Source: Candidatus Pacearchaeota archaeon
Lineage (GTDB): Archaea; Nanobdellota; Nanobdellia; Pacearchaeales; GW2011-AR1
Reading direction: 5' to 3'
Assembly (NCBI GenBank): GCA_016866955.1
Contig: VGKT01000001.1
Span: 130,556-194,555 of the forward strand
DNA: 64,000 bases
Of this stretch, positions 1-7,881 are shown one piece after another. The position numbers were made by a program, and so were the translations under genes. A model generated the notes under the pieces. The model worked only from the letters and a program-made list of their open reading frames with translations, made no database searches and was not told the DNA's origin. Numbering within the stretch: the first letter of the stretch is position 1; each line of letters starts with the position of its first letter.

Positions 1-473
1 CCAATCATATTTGCTAATGCTCCTGCATATTCAAGTTCTGGATGTTCACATGGGGCAGGAAGAGAGATAATATATGCTTCTTTCAGTGCAATAGGGTAAG
101 CAATTGATTCAAATTTGAGAAATTCTCCGTTTTGAGTGTGTTCTACTGCTGCTGTGTTCAAATCAATGAAACTCACCGGGTAGTTTTCAGCAAGGCGGGT
201 ATATCCTGCTGCTTCAAACATGTCTTCAGTTGAAGCTCCATCGCTCCCTTCTGCAATAAAGACCCGTGCAGGGCTTTGTTTCTTTGCAAGACAGTATTTG
301 AGGACTGCTTCCACTAATCCTAATTTAGTAATCGTGCCCTCTGGTTGGACTGATGGTTTGAGAATGATGGTTTGTTGCTTAGCAAGCTCTAAATCAAATT
401 TGATAATGTCTAACACGCGTGGAATTGTTTCTTCATACGATTTGAATTTTACTGATACCCCTTTTGCTACCAT
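1..473 (-). CDS. DUF362-like protein, N-terminal part (3' end lies beyond the left edge)
   Basis: Absent from the ORF track because it is open to the window edge. The reverse strand from the ATG at 471-473 reads MVAKGVSVKFKSYEETIPRVLDIIKFDLELAKQQTIILKPSV...VFIAEGSDGASTEDMFEAAGYTRLAENYPVSFIDLN, a layout I associate with DUF362. Confidence 0.55.
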   Translation of the reverse strand, partial: MVAKGVSVKFKSYEETIPRVLDIIKFDLELAKQQTIILKPSVQPEGTITKLGLVEAVLKYCLAKKQSPARVFIAEGSDGASTEDMFEAAGYTRLAENYPVSFIDLNTAAVEHTQNGEFLKFESIAYPIALKEAYIISLPAPCEHPELEYAGALANMI

Positions 474-514
474 CTTGAAACTTCCCCTATTTGTTATTTA
501 AAGATTGTTATACT

Positions 515-1126
515 CTATTCTCCGTCTTCTCGTCTATCTAATTCATTGTTGACGACTGCAATTGTTTGAGAAGCGAAGTACATTCGTTTCCCGATAGATA
601 CCGGAATACATTTTTGTTTTAAACGTTTCCATTCTTTCTGAGGTAATCCTTTGTGATCTCCCAGAATAAAGACGGCATCGTCTTTAATGTCCGCTTTTCG
701 AATATCTTCCCCTTCATTATCAAGCATGTAGATTGTTTTTCCTTTCTCTTTTAATTCTTCAACAAGTTCAAGAAATCCCTTTTTTTCAATCCAATATCCG
801 GGAAATACTTCATATTTTTCTCCTTCTCGATATTTATATAACATTTTCTTGAGAATATCTGAAACGTTCTTCTTGCTTAGATAGATCTTGTCTTCTCCTG
901 TTTTTCCCTCTGTTTTTGGTTTTAATTCTAAATGACGTGAAGGAGTAGGGGGGCCTGCAAAAATCATGTGCAAAGTGGTATCCGTACGAATTTTATGACT
1001 TAAGAAAAATGAAGCAATTACTGAATGAATGGCGATATCAATTCTCCCTGATGCTTGGAGGTCTTCTTTAATGTAATTACCTGCCGTGGGAGCAGTACGA
1101 GAATAATAGAGGAAGCTACGTGCCAT
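515..1126 (-). CDS. trmY: tRNA (pseudouridine54-N1)-methyltransferase TrmY (SPOUT, DUF358/COG1901)
   Basis: 203 aa. GRIDIAIHSVIASFFLSHKIR and AVFILGDHKGLPQKE...IPVSIGKRMYFASQTIAVVNNELDR parallel M. jannaschii MJ1640 as I remember it. Confidence 0.8.
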   Translation of the reverse strand: MARSFLYYSRTAPTAGNYIKEDLQASGRIDIAIHSVIASFFLSHKIRTDTTLHMIFAGPPTPSRHLELKPKTEGKTGEDKIYLSKKNVSDILKKMLYKYREGEKYEVFPGYWIEKKGFLELVEELKEKGKTIYMLDNEGEDIRKADIKDDAVFILGDHKGLPQKEWKRLKQKCIPVSIGKRMYFASQTIAVVNNELDRREDGE

Positions 1127-1158
1127 AATAATAAAGAGATTTGAGGGATTAAAAGGGT

Positions 1159-1983
1159 TTAGTTATACACGAATTGGGGACGAGCGATGATGGTTCCTTC
1201 TTTTACGGTTTTTACGATCGAGATAAGGCGATCGTTATGATAGAGTGCATAATAGGGTGCATCGGGAGCTTTCCCCAGTATATCTTTTGCCATGACGGGC
1301 TTTCCTTTCAAAAACATAGGGACAATAGAGGGTTGGGCTTGTACAAGAGGGAGTACTTTTTGTATGGCCTCAGTTGCAGGAATAAGCATCTTCCGGAGAG
1401 GAGTTTCATCTCCTGCTTTGAGTGCTTCAAGTGCCTTATCCACTTCATAGAGCGTATAACTTGGCTCAGTAAAGATAGAAGCTTGGATCCTTCTGAGTTC
1501 TAACATGTGTGCACCCCCGAGCTCTTCACCTATGTCATGAATTAATTTACGAATATAGGTACCTGCTTGGACAATGGTATGGAAAAGAATGTCCGTGCCT
1601 TCCTGTTCAAGAATATCGAATGATTTAACTTCACGCTCTCTTATTGCCCGCTTGACTCGACTTCGTACAGGAGGAAGTTGGTTTATTTTTCCAATGAACT
1701 GTGTGATAGTTGCATCTAGTTTCTTCTTATCTACCTCTTCGTGTAAACGCATAATGCCCACATAGGTCTTATCTTTATGCATAAACCATTCATTGAGACG
1801 ACAGGCTCTTCCTAATGCGACAGGAAGCACCCCTGAGACCATGGGGTCAAGTGTACCAAAATGTGAAGTCTTTGTCAGATTCAATTTATTTTTTATTAAA
1901 CTAGATACTTGGAAGCTAGTAGGGCCAGAGGGTTTGTCTATAGGGAGGATGCTAAAGTTGAGAAGTTCTTTGAGAGGAACCAT
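1159..1983 (-). CDS. cbf5: Cbf5/TruB-family pseudouridine synthase with C-terminal PUA domain (H/ACA RNP catalytic subunit)
   Basis: 274 aa. It has IDKPSGPTS, the HFGTLDPMVSGVLPV catalytic Asp motif, QLPPVRS and a PUA-like C-terminus. Confidence 0.85.
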   Translation of the reverse strand: MVPLKELLNFSILPIDKPSGPTSFQVSSLIKNKLNLTKTSHFGTLDPMVSGVLPVALGRACRLNEWFMHKDKTYVGIMRLHEEVDKKKLDATITQFIGKINQLPPVRSRVKRAIREREVKSFDILEQEGTDILFHTIVQAGTYIRKLIHDIGEELGGAHMLELRRIQASIFTEPSYTLYEVDKALEALKAGDETPLRKMLIPATEAIQKVLPLVQAQPSIVPMFLKGKPVMAKDILGKAPDAPYYALYHNDRLISIVKTVKEGTIIARPQFVYN

Positions 1984-1993
1984 GATGTAGAGA

Positions 1994-2695
1994 TTAGATA
2001 GTCCCTTTTAAGTATTGTTTTCGCATGTTTTCTGGAAAACGTTCAATAGCATAGCGGAGCATGGTGCGAGGCATTGCCTTATAGTGTTGCTTGAGAAAAG
2101 TGATAAGTGTTGCTTCGTCTCGTTTTCCTACCTCGCGCAACATCCAGCCAACGGCTTTGCGAATAAGATCGTGCTTATCTTTGAGCAAGATTTCTGCAAT
2201 CTTGAGGGTTTCGGTGTATCTTTTTTGTTTGATGAAGTGAAAGGTCGTAATAATCGCAATACGTCGTTCCCAAAGATTTTCTGAACGAGCATATGTATAG
2301 AGTAGCTCTTTTGGTTTGTCCAAGAGCCAGGGGCCTAGAATGCGATCAACAATACAATCGATTAAGTCCCAGTTATTTCCACAAAGATGATAAGTACTAT
2401 AGAAATCAACGATTGCTTTGCGTTCTGTTTCTGTTGTTGCTCGGGGATATTGATAAGATAAGACCATTAGAGCACACATCCGATCTTCGTGAATGGGTGA
2501 ATGTAAGATGGGGATGAGCTCTTCTCGTTTGAGAGAGATGAATTGTTGAGCGATTGCTCGCGTGTCGGGTACAGTCACACCTATAAATTGGTCTCCCTCT
2601 CCATAGTGTCCTGGACCTGTTTTGAAGAAATTCTTGTAAATAGCTATTTTTTCAAGACGTGCATATTTTCTCAGAGCTTGTTGAAGAGGATGCAT
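1994..2695 (-). CDS. DNA alkylation repair protein (AlkD/AlkC-like HEAT-repeat family)
   Basis: 233 aa. FFKTGPGHYGEGDQFIGVTVPDTRAIA, NNWDLID and HDLIRKAVGWMLREVGK are typical of the DNA_alkylation (PF08713) family. Confidence 0.7.
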   Translation of the reverse strand: MHPLQQALRKYARLEKIAIYKNFFKTGPGHYGEGDQFIGVTVPDTRAIAQQFISLKREELIPILHSPIHEDRMCALMVLSYQYPRATTETERKAIVDFYSTYHLCGNNWDLIDCIVDRILGPWLLDKPKELLYTYARSENLWERRIAIITTFHFIKQKRYTETLKIAEILLKDKHDLIRKAVGWMLREVGKRDEATLITFLKQHYKAMPRTMLRYAIERFPENMRKQYLKGTI

Positions 2696-2718
2696 ACAGA
2701 ATCAAGTGCTTTTGTTTT

Positions 2719-2967
2719 TTAAGAAGCTTGTGTTGCTCTTTGTTCTTTGATACTGAAATAAGCGCCAATTACTCGAGAAGGTAATAGATAATGAATTCCC
2801 TCCTCAGTAATCTCCCTTCGTTCAAGTAATCCCTTTGCCACTAGTCTTTCTGATCTTCCTTGTTCTTCATTAGTGAGATTTTTTGCAGAAATCAAAGACA
2901 TGTTATCAAATATTTTACCAATAAGTTTAAACTCTGATTCAGCCACCTCTTCTTCAAGAATACGCAC
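2719..2967 (-). CDS. hypothetical small protein, possibly winged-helix
   Basis: 82-aa ORF abutting the eL31 stop, so apparently in the same operon. LVAKGLLERREITEEGIHYLL looks like a recognition helix plus wing. No firm family. Confidence 0.4.
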   Translation of the reverse strand: MRILEEEVAESEFKLIGKIFDNMSLISAKNLTNEEQGRSERLVAKGLLERREITEEGIHYLLPSRVIGAYFSIKEQRATQAS

Positions 2968-3489
2968 TTATTTCTTCAACGCCATGCGTTGCGGGTGTTG
3001 AGCTTTGTCTACTTTGGTTGCTTTTTGTTGTGACTTGTTATCTTGCTTGATCGATACTTGTTTCGCTTGTGCTGTTGCTTGTTCTTTTTCTTGTTCGTCT
3101 TTCTTTTGTTCAGGAGTTTGTTCTGTTTTTGGTGCTTCCTTTGTTTCTGCTTTCTTTTCTGCTTGTTTATGCACTTTTGCATGACGTGCTTGTGCAAAAG
3201 TGATATGCTTTGGTTGTTGTGCAAAAGTTACTTTTACGATCTCTCCTTCTTTTGTTGCTTTTACAGTTATTTTTGCAGGAGGATTTGCTCGTCCGCGGAA
3301 CCAGAGTTCATTATTGAAGTAGACATCTAACTTTACTTTGTCGACATCGCGATCAGCAACTTTCATATGTTTTGCTACATATGTTTTGATTGTTTTCACT
3401 GCTTTTGCTGTACGATTATATTGTTGTACATTCTTCCAAAATCTGCGTAATGGAATTGTATATTCTCGAGTAGTAAGTGTTTCAGCCAT
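2968..3489 (-). CDS. rpl31e: ribosomal protein eL31 with a long K/E/Q-rich C-terminal tail
   Basis: The N-terminal ~90 aa (REYTIPLRRFW...RTAKAVKTIKTYVAKHMK...VKLDVYFNNELWFRGRANPPAKITV) is canonical eL31. The remaining ~80 aa are low complexity. Confidence 0.85.
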   Translation of the reverse strand: MAETLTTREYTIPLRRFWKNVQQYNRTAKAVKTIKTYVAKHMKVADRDVDKVKLDVYFNNELWFRGRANPPAKITVKATKEGEIVKVTFAQQPKHITFAQARHAKVHKQAEKKAETKEAPKTEQTPEQKKDEQEKEQATAQAKQVSIKQDNKSQQKATKVDKAQHPQRMALKK

Positions 3490-3493
3490 GTGT

Positions 3494-3697
3494 TTATCCT
3501 AAGTGTGACTTCGGCGTTCTGCGTGGAAGTACCTTTAATTTAGTTCTGCGCCAGTGTCGGCGATGTTTGGTTAACTCGGAAGGATGTGTTCGCTTGCCTT
3601 TTCCGAATGCGCGAACAACTGCCCAAAATGGGGCCCATTTTGTGTGGCGTGTATGTACTGCTAATTGTACTTTTTTGTGGTATTCTGCGCGCGTCAT
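3494..3697 (-). CDS. rpl39e: ribosomal protein eL39
   Basis: THPSELTKHRRHWRRTKLKV is the eL39 signature. I chose the ATG at 3695-3697 (MTRAEY...), which lies 1 nt after the upstream stop; the track ORF extends to 3709. Confidence 0.8.
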   Translation of the reverse strand: MTRAEYHKKVQLAVHTRHTKWAPFWAVVRAFGKGKRTHPSELTKHRRHWRRTKLKVLPRRTPKSHLG

Positions 3698-3698
3698 G

Positions 3699-3884
3699 TT
3701 ACTTTCCACCTGCTAAATAAGGTAATGCTCTTTCAACATCTCGATCTAAAAAGTCTACTTCTCCTTCATACAAACGAAATGCTTCGTGAGGAAAAGGTTC
3801 TTGAAACTGAGCATTTATTTTACGTAGGGCAGTTTCATCAAATTGTACTGGTTCACCTGGACGAGCATAGCAAACAACAGACAT
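3699..3884 (-). CDS. hypothetical 61-aa protein, translationally coupled between eS19 and eL39
   Basis: Its ATG overlaps the eS19 stop (TAATG) and its stop lies 1 nt before the eL39 ATG. I recognise no family. Confidence 0.45.
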   Translation of the reverse strand: MSVVCYARPGEPVQFDETALRKINAQFQEPFPHEAFRLYEGEVDFLDRDVERALPYLAGGK

Positions 3885-4294
3885 TACTTCATCACTCCTG
3901 CAAGGAATTCTTTTCCTTTTTCGGTAAGTTGTCTCCCTGCTTTCTTTCCTTTTGCTTTTTCAGTAAATCCTGCTTGTTCAGTTTGTTGGAGTAAGAGACG
4001 AATAATTTTACCGCCTGCTGGTCTGAATACTGCTGGTTTCATACCGCGGTTTTTCTTCCCGCCGTATCTGCTTCGCAGACGATTAACTCCAATGACTCCA
4101 TGAATCGAAATTTGACGAAGAATTGATGCTGCGCGTTTGTGCCAGAAATGTTCTTCAAATGTAGGACGTTCTTTATGAGGGGATGTTTTGACAAAAGCGA
4201 CCCATTCTGGTTGCTTAAATGCAGGCACTTTAGTGAGTGCTTCAGCTAATGCAGCATTATATTTACCAGGTTCATAGGATCGAATATCGAGCAT
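3884..4294 (-). CDS. rps19e: ribosomal protein eS19
   Basis: 136 aa. PEWVAFVKTSPHKERP, WHKRAASILRQI and GGKKNRGMKP...AGGKIIR are eS19 hallmarks. Confidence 0.9.
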   Translation of the reverse strand: MLDIRSYEPGKYNAALAEALTKVPAFKQPEWVAFVKTSPHKERPTFEEHFWHKRAASILRQISIHGVIGVNRLRSRYGGKKNRGMKPAVFRPAGGKIIRLLLQQTEQAGFTEKAKGKKAGRQLTEKGKEFLAGVMK

Positions 4295-4347
4295 GTGTGG
4301 GCTGGGAAAAGGCGGTTTATAAAGGTTATCCCCTTCTAGGAGAAGAT

Positions 4348-4602
4348 TTATCGACGGTGTTTTGTTGGTTCGGTACGTTTTCTGAGAATGATCGTAAAGC
4401 CGATGATGGTATACGTACAGGAAACAGGAAGCTGATTGACCAAAGAATCAGCCATGGTTTTGATTGAGTCTCGCGTTCTTCCTGATGCTTGGAGGGCAGC
4501 AATGCGAATAAATTTATGTGTTTCAAGCATTCGAGTAAGGGTCTGGAGTACTGTTGTTGAGATACCGTTCTTACCAATTTGAAATGTAGCAACTTTATTC
4601 AT
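4348..4602 (-). CDS. YhbY/CRS1 (CRM-domain) RNA-binding protein
   Basis: 84 aa. FQIGKNGISTTVLQTLTRMLETHKFIRI and IIGFTIILRKR match the YhbY pattern. It overlaps the upstream gene by 8 nt. Confidence 0.7.
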   Translation of the reverse strand: MNKVATFQIGKNGISTTVLQTLTRMLETHKFIRIAALQASGRTRDSIKTMADSLVNQLPVSCTYTIIGFTIILRKRTEPTKHRR

Positions 4603-5176
4603 GATTCACTTTGCATCCTCCCGTTGGAAGAGCTTGGAGTATTTCTTCTTTATGGAAGGTCTGATTGAGCTCTAACTCTAATTTCGGAAGCATGTCCTCC
4701 TTTGCAATTGTTCCAGGAGTAAGTACTAAAGACGATTTTGAGGAGGAAGTGTAAGGTACGGCACGTAGTACTCCTCGTTGTTTAGTAAGAGTAAGTTTAA
4801 GCTCTACAATTTGTTCTTGTACTGCCCCTTTAACACCCCAGGTTCCTTGTTTCATGGAAGAAGCCTTATGTACTTGTGTAGAACTAAAGAGATGAATTTT
4901 TACTCGACGTTTTCCTGCTTTCCAAGCGCGACTAAAACAACCGGTAAAAATAGCTGCTTCTTCAATATCTTGGGGAGAAAGTGTAGCAAGCGGTGCGCAA
5001 AGAACAGCAAAAGGGCTTCCAGGAGCAACTGTATGCATCATAAGATAAGTTTCTTTATGTTTACTTACTTCTTGTACTAATGAATCATTTTGGACAGCTG
5101 ATTTGCCTCCAATGACTAATATTCCTCTCCTGGTAATGAACCAGCGATAGCGCTTGTAGTTTTGTACAAATGACAT
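4595..5176 (-). CDS. NFACT-R/DUF814-domain protein (ribosome quality-control-related RNA-binding domain)
   Basis: 193 aa. YRWFITRRGILVIGGKSAVQNDSLV...LMMHTVAPGSPFAVL fits the DUF814 consensus. TATATAAG at 5198-5205 lies 22 nt upstream of the ATG. Confidence 0.6.
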   Translation of the reverse strand: MSFVQNYKRYRWFITRRGILVIGGKSAVQNDSLVQEVSKHKETYLMMHTVAPGSPFAVLCAPLATLSPQDIEEAAIFTGCFSRAWKAGKRRVKIHLFSSTQVHKASSMKQGTWGVKGAVQEQIVELKLTLTKQRGVLRAVPYTSSSKSSLVLTPGTIAKEDMLPKLELELNQTFHKEEILQALPTGGCKVNHE

Positions 5177-5213
5177 ATCATTTTCGCGTAGGCACGGTAT
5201 ATAAGGGTGCTGG

Positions 5214-5801
5214 TTAGAACAAACCAGGTTTCACGATATTAATAATAAACGAATTTCTGCCCAACGGTTGACCTGTTGTGGTGTCTTTGACATCTACTAA
5301 CACTTTCTGAGAACAGCCCTTAGTACCTTTAGGAATTTGAAGTTGAATTTTAAAGAATGCATTTGCTCCATCAAATTCATCAAATTCAAGATCTTGACCA
5401 AAACGAGGGACGAATACACCTTCAGTCTTTGCTTTTCCTAAAACCGCAAGACAATATTTTGTTGAAGAATCATCCAATGTGAGCTGGAGTTTTAATCGAC
5501 CTGCTGTTGCAGCAGCACCATCAGGTGTGCGAGCACCAACGACAATACCAAAGGGATTATCATTTGCTTTGACTGCGGCAGTCTTATCTTTACCAAGCAA
5601 GATAACGACATCTTGTTTGTCATCAGAGAATAATTCTGCAATTTCGCTTTTTACCTTTTGATCAATTTGATCAACAGAATCAGTCGCCGTACCGAAAATA
5701 CCGCGGACTAATCCTAAGCCTAAAATCAACATAGTCATACCCAACACTAATACGACAACAGTCGTAATAGACATCTCAATTGCACCTCGTCTTTGCATCA
5801 T
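5214..5801 (-). CDS. type IV pilin-like protein (class III signal peptide)
   Basis: I chose the ATG at 5801 (MMQRRG/AIEMSITTVVVLVLGMTMLIL). The track start at 5855 is a TTG. A CCTTTATAAA box lies ~25 nt upstream of 5801. Confidence 0.55.
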   Translation of the reverse strand: MMQRRGAIEMSITTVVVLVLGMTMLILGLGLVRGIFGTATDSVDQIDQKVKSEIAELFSDDKQDVVILLGKDKTAAVKANDNPFGIVVGARTPDGAAATAGRLKLQLTLDDSSTKYCLAVLGKAKTEGVFVPRFGQDLEFDEFDGANAFFKIQLQIPKGTKGCSQKVLVDVKDTTTGQPLGRNSFIINIVKPGLF

Positions 5802-5946
5802 TTGTATTCGTAAGTCTGTTTTATAAAGGTTGTTGCAAGGGAGCGCAAGGGGCAATTTTCTGCCCCTTTTTATGAAATTTATTTTTACAATTTTTTATTT
5901 TTATTTTTTATCGACGATTAAAATAAAAGAATATTTTTATAAAGAA

Positions 5947-6017
5947 AGAAATAACATGGCCTCGCGGAGAATCGAACTCCGTTAACACGAGCTTCAGTCG
6001 TGGGCATTCCCATTATG
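5947..6017 (-). tRNA. tRNA-Phe (GAA)
   Basis: Hand-folded cloverleaf of GGCCUCGUAGCAUAAUGGGAAUGCCCACGACUGAAGCUCGUGUUAACGGAGUUCGAUUCUCCGCGAGGCCA. It has a 7-bp acceptor stem, GCAU/AUGC D stem, CACGA/UCGUG anticodon stem with loop CUGAAGC, and a CGGAG-UUCGAUU-CUCCG T arm. No CCA is encoded. Confidence 0.9.
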
Positions 6018-6066
6018 CTACGAGGCCTTTATTGAACGTATAAAGAAGGGGTTTTAAAGATGGTGG

Positions 6067-6249
6067 TTAGAAAAAGGCATATTTTTTTGCACTGAGAATA
6101 ATAAAGAGAGCAAGCGTATATAGTATTGCATCTATTAATCCTGGTTCTAATGAAAAAAGTCCCTCAATAAACCCAGCAAGATAGGGAATTAGGATTATTC
6201 CCCCAATGAGAGAGATAAGTATTTTTACCAACACCTTTCCTCTTTTCAT
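6067..6249 (-). CDS. hypothetical small membrane protein (two predicted TM helices)
   Basis: The 60-aa ORF is hydrophobic. An ATATTTAAAG box (6271-6280 on the plus-strand text) lies ~25 nt upstream of its ATG. Confidence 0.45.
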   Translation of the reverse strand: MKRGKVLVKILISLIGGIILIPYLAGFIEGLFSLEPGLIDAILYTLALFIILSAKKYAFF

Positions 6250-6292
6250 ATCTTTTTATCTCTTTTCCTCTTTAAATATCTATCCTATCAAA

Positions 6293-6715
6293 GGTGAGTC
6301 GCAGAGGAAGACTGATTCATCTTCCCCCGCGTACGCTTGCGCGTAGGGGTTAGGCCAGATTCTGTCGAATCCCGTGTTACCGGACGATTCGTGCCACCAT
6401 CTGTCTCTGCGTGCGGCTAGGGCACTTGCACTCGTACAGGTAGTCGCTTCGGAAACAAAGTTTCCGAGGCGGAAAGCTCTGACGAACTTTCCGTTTCATG
6501 ATATCCTGCAACCATGCTCCCCGCATGGATCCTTGCGATTGCAGGCTCTGTCGTTTCTGTGCTAGAGCTTGACCTCGCGGCCATCCGCCTTTCAACGGAG
6601 TACGTTTTCCATCTCTGTTAAGAGATTTCGAGTGTCCGGACCTTCCTCAGGAAGAACAAGTATACGCCTGTTTGCTGATTGAACAGCACTCCCCGTCGGT
6701 AGCTCCCCGACTCAC
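6293..6715 (-). ncRNA. rnpB: RNase P RNA (archaeal type A-like)
   Basis: The minus strand reads GUGAGUCGGGG...CCUGAGGAAGGUCCGGACAC (CR-I), ...AGCACAGAAACGACAGAGCC..., ...AGAUGGUGGCAC...GACAGAAUCUGGCCUAAC (CR-IV/V). P1 pairs GUGAGUCG with CGACUCAC. The region is GC-rich and its track ORFs are spurious. Confidence 0.8.
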
Positions 6716-6734
6716 GAATAAGGTGATGAGGGAT

Positions 6735-6746
6735 GGTTTTTAAGGG
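6735..6746 (-). promoter_or_regulatory. TATA box candidate for RNase P RNA
   Basis: The minus strand reads CCCTTAAAAACC about 25-30 nt upstream of the inferred RNA 5' end. Confidence 0.4.
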
Positions 6747-6762
6747 TTTGCTATTCACGAAA

Positions 6763-7167
6763 TTACGCTTCTGCTTTAATTAATTTATCACGTGCCTCAC
6801 TAAACTCTTGATATGCTTGTAAATATGCTTCCATTAAACCACTTCCCGCACGTTGTTCAAAATATGATTGATTATTACGAATATGATGATATTTTCCAAA
6901 TAAAACATTATTTCGCTCAATAATATAGGGTGGTTTTAGCCAAGGGTTGTCTTTTTCGTTTGAAAATTGTTGAGGAAGCCCCAAAGTAAATTGATCTGAC
7001 TCTCTCAAACGCGTTAATAGATCTGTCTCGTGGCGTAATTCTGCTGCATTTTCTGATAATAATTGGCATGCTTCTGCTTGTAACTCTTCTTGGTATCTTC
7101 GTTCATCTGCTTCTGAAGCAGCTTTACTTTTTGCACGCCATTCCTTGAACCAATATAAAAAATTCAT
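6763..7167 (-). CDS. hypothetical protein (134 aa, helical/coiled-coil)
   Basis: The ORF sits tightly behind the upstream gene. No recognisable motif. Confidence 0.45.
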   Translation of the reverse strand: MNFLYWFKEWRAKSKAASEADERRYQEELQAEACQLLSENAAELRHETDLLTRLRESDQFTLGLPQQFSNEKDNPWLKPPYIIERNNVLFGKYHHIRNNQSYFEQRAGSGLMEAYLQAYQEFSEARDKLIKAEA

Positions 7168-7168
7168 G

Positions 7169-7447
7169 TTATTTTCCTATGATTGAAGCTAGAATTTCCT
7201 TGAGAGATTCTTTCTTTTTTTGTTGAGGGACTAACTCTGCGGAGTGTACTTTCTGAGTAATATGTGCAAGAAGGCAGGAGGAAGAGCAGAATTGTTTCAT
7301 AGTGGTCGTGTGCTTTCTTGTTTCTGAAAATTTGAACGAACAATCTTCCAATCGACACCAACCTTGATTGAAAGGATACTCGTCAATCTCTGTCGGTCTA
7401 CTTGTTGTCTGACAGTGATCGCATTGATAGATTTGTTGTGCTACCAT
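7169..7447 (-). CDS. hypothetical Cys-containing protein (possible zinc binding)
   Basis: 92 aa with CDHC...C...C and a later FCSSSC. A CTTTTATAGA box lies ~25 nt upstream of the ATG. Confidence 0.45.
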   Translation of the reverse strand: MVAQQIYQCDHCQTTSRPTEIDEYPFNQGWCRLEDCSFKFSETRKHTTTMKQFCSSSCLLAHITQKVHSAELVPQQKKKESLKEILASIIGK

Positions 7448-7501
7448 ATGAAAATAGTATCTATAAAAGTAGTTTTAAAGATTGAGGTGAGAAAGTTATG
7501 T

Positions 7502-7789
7502 TTATCTTGATACTGGTGGGGCTGGTTCTGGAGCTTCTACTACCGATATTAATCCTTCTACTGACCTGTGTATTGTACGTTGATCGATGAAACGAGCTTG
7601 ATCATTGCTCCCAAAATTAAGGACTTTCTCTTCTGAAAAAATCATGTAAACTGCATTATCAAATCTATAACTCTGGGTATTAACGTCAATACCGAGATAT
7701 GTTCCTTCTACTACGTGTGTACAAGGTCTTACGCTACCTTCAAAGACTGCTTTTATCCTTTTTCCTAGGCAAGCTTTAGGAATATCCAT
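7502..7789 (-). CDS. hypothetical protein, possibly Sm-like fold
   Basis: 95 aa. GKRIKAVFEGS...VEGTYLGIDVNTQSYRFDNAVYM loosely resembles an Sm1 motif. A GTTTTATATAG box lies ~25 nt upstream. Confidence 0.4.
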   Translation of the reverse strand: MDIPKACLGKRIKAVFEGSVRPCTHVVEGTYLGIDVNTQSYRFDNAVYMIFSEEKVLNFGSNDQARFIDQRTIHRSVEGLISVVEAPEPAPPVSR

Positions 7790-7854
7790 TATTTTTTATC
7801 AGAAAGTAACTATATAAAACTTTTTTGATTTAAGAAGGAAGGCATTATGCAAGA

Positions 7855-7878
7855 AGCACGGAGGAAGGCAAGAATCCG
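7855..7878 (-). other. 3' half of the 23S pre-rRNA processing stem
   Basis: gaagcacggaggaaggcaagaatc is the perfect reverse complement of 11123-11146 (24 bp). Confidence 0.75.
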
Positions 7879-7881
7879 CGG

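Noticed and set aside
3009-3330. Two ORFs (71 and 95 aa) with extreme K/Q/N or F/C/L composition.
   Set aside because: They are alternative frames of the low-complexity eL31 tail and an artefact of the repetitive AAG/CAA-rich sequence.
4326-4592. An 88-aa ORF overlapping the YhbY gene in another frame, plus similar same-region alternates (1174-1503, 13727-14185, 14830-15174, 15734-16114, 45190-45534, 49237-49644 and others).
   Set aside because: Each overlaps a longer ORF with recognisable family motifs, and none has an independent signal of its own.
5856-5946. An extremely AT-rich, T-tract-rich intergenic stretch (ttttattttttatcgacgattaaaataaaag...) considered as a replication origin or mobile-element scar.
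   Set aside because: It has no ORB-like inverted repeats, no cdc6/orc1 gene nearby and no direct repeats flanking it. It most simply holds the terminator region of tRNA-Phe together with the pilin promoter.
6374-6595. Two overlapping ORFs (63 and 72 aa) on opposite strands.
   Set aside because: They lie inside the RNase P RNA, which is identified by its CR-I/IV/V sequences. They are not coding.
7790-7854. A 5S rRNA expected downstream of the 23S.
   Set aside because: The sequence is AT-rich and contains the TATA box of the next protein gene. There is no 5S-like sequence anywhere in the window by eye.
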